64,000 nucleotides of DNA, from the NCBI RefSeq assembly GCF_006345805.1, contig NC_042999.1, positions 150,350,001-150,414,000 on the forward strand, read 5' to 3'. The notes under the pieces were generated by a model. That model worked only from the letters and a program-made list of their open reading frames with translations. It searched no databases and had not been told where the DNA came from. Positions 57,801 to 64,000 of the stretch are shown here, one piece after another. Made by a program: the position numbers and the translations under genes. Each line of letters opens with the position of its first letter. Within the stretch, counting starts at the first letter, position 1. Source of the stretch: Octopus sinensis. Taxonomy: Eukaryota.

Positions 57801-60800
57801 AGGAAAGATAATTTCCATCCTGTAGAAGTACGACTATATATTCATTAACTAATTAGTAAATCTAACTAATAGATTAATCAACAATTCAAAATAGACTTGT
57901 GATTATCTTTGGACATGGCATGAAAATCACCAATGTCTCAAAAGGGTGAGTGTCGTGGAGTTCAGTTACATCCAACAAAACACTAAAGTTTTTCCCAAAA
58001 TCCAGGGTTTTTATAACTGCTTAACTTGACTTAAAAGAATCGAAATCCATTACAAATATTCTTTATGTAACTTTTTAGAATCCTTATATGAGCAGCTATA
58101 TTAACCAATGGAAAAAACGAAAATAATAATTCTTTGGCAATACATTACGTCATATTGCCAATTCGTGCCGTATTTCAAAATAGCAAAAATGGCTATTTGT
58201 TACACAGTCAATAAACAGTAAAAGAATTTAAGCATTACACATACAAAAGAAGCACTACTGCCCCACACTCCTACTAAACACGAGCAGCACTCAGCTAGAG
58301 CCCCCACAGTTGCTCCATATATATTACTAAAGGTAAAATTTTTGTAGTATTTAATATGAATTGAATTACCTCGGCTGTTAGTTTTTCATCATCATAAGAA
58401 ACTACATTAAACTGTAATTGCTTGAGTAAGCAAGACATTCTTCTATAATCAATGCTACTGCCTTCTCGGGGAGCCATTCCAGCAATTTTGTTGATGTTTA
58501 TTACAAGAGCCAGGCCACGGGGTATACCATCCATTTTGTAAGACTTCATTAAGAAAAACAGAGAAACAAAGAAATGAATATCAAAAACAATAATGTTATA
58601 ATGAAAGGAGTTAACTGATTAAAGAGTTGCATATACTTGACAGCATGGCCTAGTGGTTAGGTGTAACTTTCACAGGCACCCTGACATCTTAACATCTCCC
58701 CAGCTGAACTCTCAGCTCTTCGATGTCTCTGACGCTGCAAAGGCATCATCATAAAATCGGCTGACAAGGGCGGAGCTGTGGTGGTGTGGCTCACAGACCT
58801 CTACAAGGCTGAAGCTCTCCACTAACCTCAAGACACCTCCTCCTATTGCCCTCTGCTCTCCAACCCCACAACTAGTTACCAACAGTGTCCTCAACTAGCC
58901 ATGACCTCATCCCCTCCTCCCATCTCCCTCCCACCACCTCCAACCTTATTGTCTGCACTCTACCATTTATGTCCTTCCCAAAATCCACAAGGCTAACAAC
59001 CCTGGCTGCCCCATCATCTCTGCCACACAGAAATTATCTCAGAATACCTCAACTGTGTCCTTGACCCCTAGTGGCTTCCCTCCTCTCCCACATCCATGAC
59101 ACTAACCATGCTCACTGTCTCTTCAACTCTTTCTCCTTCCCTCTTGGCCCCTCTAAACTTCTTTTCACTCTTGATATCAAGAGTCTGTATATGGTGATCC
59201 CACACAACGAAGGGCTTCCTGCACACAAATACTTCTTGAACCTTCAACGCAACCCCCAACCTGACACCTCCTCTGGGCTAACTTGTTCTCTCCTTTAACT
59301 ACTTCTCATTCACAGGGGACTTTCACCAACAGGTCACAGCAGTGACCATGTAACGAGAATGGGCCCCAACTATGCGAACGTGATCATTGGCTATGTTGAG
59401 GCCCAAATATTCTCAAGAATCACTGGTCCCACTCCCGAACTATATGGTTGTTATATTGATGACTGTATTGGTGCGACCTCACTCTCCAAGAACAACTAGA
59501 CTCCTTCCTCTTGTTTGTCCAATCCTTCCGCTCTGCCCTCGAATTCAGCACTTCTTTATGCAACTGTCCTCATCCATCCAAACCAGTGTAGTTTCCTCCT
59601 TTGCACACTGCACAGAATTCCTCTTATGCATAACTTTTCTTTCAACACACAAGTGCTCCATCACATATGTACACTGACATTGCACATCCAGTGGAGCATA
59701 CTAGCTTCATTCCTCTCTAGTTTTCGCAAGGTACGCCATAAGCTTTGAGACCCATCACGCTGGAGCTTATTCCAGTTTCCATGGGGTATAAGCAACTAAG
59801 AGTACAATAGTCCCCCACCCCAGCCACTTAGCCAGGATACTAGTCGATTGCATGGTTAACTACCAGTTGTTGCTGGTACTCATTTTCAGCTGAGTGAACT
59901 TGAGTTACATGAAATGAAGTATTTTGCTCAAAAACTCAGTGCATCACTCAGTCTGAGAATTGAAATCCTGACTTGATGACTGTGAGCTCAACACCCCAAC
60001 CACCAGACCATCTACCTCTGCTTAATAGTAATTAACAGGTGTCAGTGATTTCCGGGTAGAAATAATAACTTACTTGAGAACGGTTTTTAAAATAAAATTC
60101 TTGGGTAGCAGGCTTGATTTTAAGGATATCAATGTCCTGTTCATTGAATAGCTTTCTTTTCTTTGGACCTATAATGGGAAAATATGTATTATTTTAGTTT
60201 AAAAAAACACCCAAAAAACATATATTTCAATCCTGTATTTGGTTTGCAAGATTCTTGGTGTGAATTTGTGTTAAAATAAATCATGTTGTCTTGAGAGGGT
60301 CTTTATGCCAATAAAAATAAACACATGCACTGGTTCAACATCACTTCTTTATTGTTAGTCAATTGGTTTAATATCTAACCAACTAACCAATCAATGGGTC
60401 ATTTAATGAGCTGGTTAAACAATCAATACAAGCATAAATACATGCAAGTATAAGACCACTTCTTGGACCTTGGAGAGAGAGGGGCGCCACTGAAAAGGTC
60501 GTGAACAGCAATGGAAGAATTTTGACTAATAAACAGCCAACTGGTTGTTTAACCAGCGCATTAAGAACTCAGAAGCCAAAGAGAGCAAACAAATTATTGT
60601 TCACCCACTTTACATAAGAAGGATAAGTTGAAATAGTAAAGTAATAAATCTTATGTATTTTGTACATTTTAGCAATAAATATCCAGCATGAGACTATTGC
60701 TAGTTTTAAATTTTACTTTCCAAGAGAAATAGGAACTGGGAAGGTAAAATGTTAAGTTTTTTTTTTTGTAAAGAGGATAAGTTTTAGAAAATTTCATGAG

Positions 60801-62771
60801 TAAAGGTTTTTGAACAAAATAGTCTCTATCTAACATGGATGTATTTTAGATACAAGCATACAAGTATGGTTGTAGTAGGTAAATCGAATATGTAAATTCT
60901 ATACTGCAACAAGAAGAAAAAAGAGGGCAGAGGAATTTGAGGAGCATTAATAATTATAGTAGTGTGTTCTAATACAGGTTATGATCTAACTAGATAACAT
61001 TTGTAATAAGAAATAAAATAAGATTAATGGCAATCTTTGAGATATAGAATACTTACATGGTTCTTCAATAGCTGGAGACATGCTGTTATCTTTAGGAGTC
61101 ATGAAAATAAACAAAAGATAGAAGTTATTCAAAATCTGAGCAAAAAATATTTCCATATATATTTATACAGAAACAAGCTTTGAAATTATCTCTAGCTTTA
61201 CAGTAACTTGAATTTTTTCAATTATACTAGCATGCACAAGAACCTTTTAAGCACATTCTGATAAGACTCTTCCTATATTTGAAAAAGTGTGCCTTTTCCA
61301 TACAGTCAAAACATTCTGTATAAAATAGATTAATATCCGTTTACCATAATAAGAGGTAATTTTAACATTTTCACAGATACTGAAAACATTTTAGAAAAAT
61401 GCTGACAATATTTTTTGTTGCTTCTTGCAAACATCAGCAGAATATAATTGGAGAATATTTTTATAAAACTCTTCATAGGAAATTTAATAAAATTTAGGCT
61501 GTAATATCTAATATTCTGTTACTTTCATATTCTTCATATTTAACAATAAACTAGTTACAGCTGTGAATATTTACCCACAAAATCATAAAACCATATATGC
61601 TTCTTGAACCAGTCTTATTCTAACCAAGCTTCATATAAATAGTTACTACTGCTCCCAATATAATTTGTTAACAGTAATTGTAATTAAGTTTACTGTTAAC
61701 ACTTTATTCTACATTGTCTCAATTTTCCAAGGACATCATGAAAAGGTACCAGATTACCTGGAAGTACTCAGTCTCAGAACACTGTTCACTAAACATCTTA
61801 GTCTTCTCTGCTACTTACTACAGTTACCAGTTATCAAGATGACTGCAGTCTATTTCAAGTTAAATTCGTTACATAGATATCTCCACTAGTTATGTGGACT
61901 GTTGGATCAGATGATGAAAGTCACAGAGATGATCACAGCCCAACTAATTAGGGAGAGAGTTAGTTTAGATGAGATGCAGTTTGGGTTTGTGCCAGAGAGA
62001 AGCACCACTGACGCTATATTCCTGGTAAGGCAGCTGCAGGAGAAATACCTAGCTAAAGATAAACCTCTGCTTGGGGCATATTTGAACCTGTAAGAAAGCT
62101 AGTCACTAAATTTCTTGCTGTAGTAAACACACCAAGTCAGTTTGAGAAATATTCTCCATGACAAAATACAGTGAATGACTTTCTTACAGGTTTCAGTATG
62201 TGCCGAGCATATTTGATCTGGTAACAAGTTTGAATTTATGCATATCACAGCTTAGTGCTTCTACTCCATAATACATCATATGAAGCTAAATGGTCAAAAT
62301 ATCTTATTAGTTTTCATTCACATTTGATGAGAAATCGCCAAGAAGAAAACACTTACCTATGCGGTCACTTCTAGTAATTCCCTGATTATTATTCAAAGAA
62401 TACGGCGAGGGTGCAGGTTCAGATATAACATGTTTCAGAAGATATCTGACATCGGGTGATTTAGGAGAACTCTTGGTTGGAGTGCTATTGCATTTCTTGA
62501 GTGGAGAAGCTGAGCTGTACTTTATTCTAATATTAGAATTATCACTGTCTTTGAATAAAAGCTCATTGTTTGGTTCATTATCTTTTGGACTAGGAATGTT
62601 ATCAAATGACAAGTCCTTACTTTTATTGTCCGCCTTTAAATAATGTGAAACAATAAAGTCCTGGTCACTTGCTATTAGGGCCTCACAGAAAAGCTGAAAT
62701 GCATCAGGGCCTCGACATATAAGAAAGTCCAAAAAGACTTCTACTTTCTTGGAGTTACCATTGACAGCATT
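51696..62771 (-). CDS. CASP2: CARD-containing caspase, caspase-2-like (5' partial; first exon(s) beyond window)
   Basis: complement(join(51696..51836,53998..54107,56213..56338,57346..57565,58370..58543,60074..60168,61057..61089,62357..62771)) = 1314 nt, 437 aa plus stop, all GT-AG and in phase. Contains the CARD C-terminal half (FLDFLICRGPDAFQLFCEAL), IKPATQEFY, PRGLALVIN, SHG, QSCRG, WRNYEEGSWFIQAL and STLRKAYLYFYPG. Caspase-2 orthology is inferred from motifs only. Confidence 0.92.
52139..52410 (+). mobile_element. Stand-alone RTE 3'-tail repeat with three tandem units
   Basis: Near-identical to 45530-45766; (GAT)n tail. Confidence 0.88.
52520..53275 (-). mobile_element. Internally deleted RTE fragment in caspase intron
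   Basis: EDQRL is joined directly to IWWSMQKLG; GVHQGSVLS; intact zinc finger WPCSICSKGIGKNSIRCTQCKLWIHKRC...FVCGRC. Confidence 0.85.
53470..53880 (-). mobile_element. 3' end of a second RTE family
   Basis: Minus-strand translation TERAMVRKMYGVKLFDRRKTEDLMGMLGL...HVLRMDEEHVLRR...EEIERVGLKKEDA, ending near a (GAT)n run. Confidence 0.7.
53998..54107 (-). CDS. CASP2: Caspase p10 exon (GYRAWRNYEEGSWFIQAL...LNM)
   Basis: Acceptor cag, donor GTAAGT. Confidence 0.93.
54481..54815 (-). mobile_element. CR1-like LINE 3' end with (ATT)n tail
   Basis: FFTLRVAEA*NKLPASVVSCRSTASFKT; flanked by duplicated CCGCTAG(TA)n at 54459 and 54851. Confidence 0.75.
55130..55812. mobile_element. Head-to-head pair of RTE 3'-tail repeats
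   Basis: Minus copy at 55130-55570 and plus copy at 55600-55812, each with a (GAT)n tail pointing outward. Confidence 0.85.
56213..56338 (-). CDS. CASP2: Caspase inter-subunit linker / p10 start exon
   Basis: Acceptor tag, donor GTAAAT; encodes PTMSDSLFCYPTQEG. Confidence 0.9.
56588..57104 (+). mobile_element. Non-autonomous Helitron (517 bp) in caspase intron
   Basis: Starts TC(TATATATATAAAA) after A; ends with hairpin CCCG-agcgacgc-CGGG (57077-57092), then CTAG (57101-57104) followed by T; no TSD; CpG-rich. Confidence 0.8.
57346..57565 (-). CDS. CASP2: Caspase catalytic exon (SHG...QSCRG)
   Basis: Acceptor tag, donor GTAAAG; catalytic His and Cys motifs present. Confidence 0.95.
58370..58543 (-). 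CDS. CASP2: Caspase p20 exon (SYKMDGIPRGLALVIN...KLTAE)
   Basis: Acceptor aag, donor GTAATT; within ORF 58295..58549. Confidence 0.92.
58700..59610 (+). mobile_element. Penelope-like element RT remnant (pseudogenised) in caspase intron
   Basis: IIKSADKGGAVVVW, YVLPKIHKANNPG.PIIS, LFTLDIKSLY..IPHNEGL, MGPNYAN, YIDDCIG; stops and frameshifts. Confidence 0.88.
60074..60168 (-). CDS. CASP2: Caspase exon (CPKKRKLFNEQDIDILKIKPATQEFYFKNRSQ)
   Basis: Acceptor tag, donor GTAAGT; supplies the required phase 1 to 0 switch. Confidence 0.88.
61057..61089 (-). CDS. CASP2: Caspase 33-nt exon (DNSMSPAIEEP)
   Basis: Acceptor aag, donor GTAAGT, phase 1-1, open; could be optional because it is symmetric. Confidence 0.7.
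61900..62070 (+). mobile_element. RTE RT fragment in caspase intron
   Basis: ORF 61902..62093 DQMMKVTE...QFGFVPERSTTDAIFLVRQLQEKY. Confidence 0.85.
62357..62771 (-). CDS. CASP2: Caspase exon: CARD C-terminal half plus Ser/Pro-rich linker
   Basis: Acceptor tttcag at 62772-62773, donor GTAAGT at 62356; within ORF 62307..62780. Confidence 0.9.
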
Positions 62772-62799
62772 CTGAAACAAAAAATAAATTTAAAAAATC

Positions 62800-64000
62800 A
62801 TCATCATGATTTAGTGTCTGCTTTCCATGCTGGCATGGGTTAGATGGTTTGACTGGAACTGGTAAGCCACAGAGCTGCAAGCTCCAGTCTAATTTGGCAT
62901 GCTTTCTATAGCTGGAAGCCCTTCATAATGCAAACCTTTCCAAGGATGTAATGGGTGCTCTTTACATGCCACTGGCACAGTTGCTTTTATGTGACATTGG
63001 CATTGGCCTGACGAGTCTTCTCAAGCACAGCATAGCACCAAAGGTCCTTGTCCTTGCCTCCATGGGGCCTAATATTCAAAGATCATGCTTCACCACCTCG
63101 TCCCATAACTTCCTGGATATACCCTTCCACAGGTTCCCTCCTCAGTTAGAGATTGGTACTTCTTTATACAGCTGTCTTCATCTAAATGCATCACATGACC
63201 ATATCAGTGCAGTCATCTCTCTTGACATCATATCCGATGCCTCTTATGCTCAGCTTTACTCTCAAGACACTCTGTTGGACATGCACACACCGAGAAAAGC
63301 ATACTAGCTTAATTTCTTTCAACCCTAAACATGACCTCAGCAGTCACAGCCCGTGTTTCACTGCCATGTAGCATGGCTGTTTGCGCACAGGCAACATATA
63401 ATCTGCTCTTCATTCTGAGAGAGAGGCCCTTTGTTACCAACAGAGGTAGAAGCTCTCTGAACTTAGCTCAACCTATTTTCATTCTAGCAGCTACGCTCTC
63501 GGAGCATCCATCTCCACTGCTGACTTGGTCACCTAAGTAACAGAATCTATCAACCTACTTCTAGGTATCCCTCCTGACATTTGATGAAGTCTATTTTCTG
63601 TACATTTCTAATGTTTATTGTACCTGTACATCTGCTACATACAAATGCTACTTTCCCAGTTAACCTTCCTCTGATATTGCTGCACCTCTTATGTGTGCAT
63701 AGCTTGCACCAAGTACAAACTTATGGAGTTTGTACCTACATCTTTTGTACAGATCAAGCAGGGCCATCTACCTGAAGGGATTTGTAACTTGTTTGCTTTC
63801 CTACTTTGTCAAGACTTTGGTTTTTGCTAAATTAACCCTTAAGGTCCTTTGATTCTAGACCTTACTTCCACACCTGAAATTACTCCTCTAGTTCTGGTAG
63901 TGAATCACTATAAGAACAAGGTCATCGGTAAAAAGGCGCTCCCAGGGGCAGCCTGCCTTAAATTCCTCTGATATTACCCAGAGGACTATGATGAACAAGA
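62800..64000 (-). mobile_element. Degenerate RTE LINE 3' portion, running off the window
   Basis: Reverse-complement homology to 44200-45760 including zinc finger, C-terminus and tail. Confidence 0.85.

Overview
AT-rich, microsatellite- and retroposon-rich animal genomic DNA, most likely a coleoid cephalopod (Octopus-like). This inference rests on the G-beta protein sequence as recalled and on the repeat repertoire; no database search was run. Two spliced protein-coding genes were reconstructed by hand with all GT-AG junctions in phase. (1) A complete 8-coding-exon heterotrimeric G-protein beta subunit gene (+, 4648-11245, 341 aa). (2) A CARD-type, caspase-2-like gene (-, 51696-62771, 8 exons, 437 aa visible, catalytic SHG/QSCRG); its first exon(s) lie beyond the right edge. 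From about 15.5 kb on, the window is dominated by mobile DNA: about 10 RTE LINE pieces (one nearly intact), a CR1/L2-group LINE, a CR1 3' end, a Penelope-like RT remnant, a Tc1-like remnant, a non-autonomous Helitron, hAT and TTAA MITEs, and at least three SINE families. Best leads: a C4HC3 PHD-type zinc finger embedded inside the RTE reverse transcriptase ORF; a degenerate type I hammerhead-like motif between direct repeats in a G-beta intron; a 181-bp T-shaped foldback; a candidate poison exon in the caspase; and inverted retroposon pairs around caspase exons. Most entries in the ORF track are spurious or belong to retroelements.
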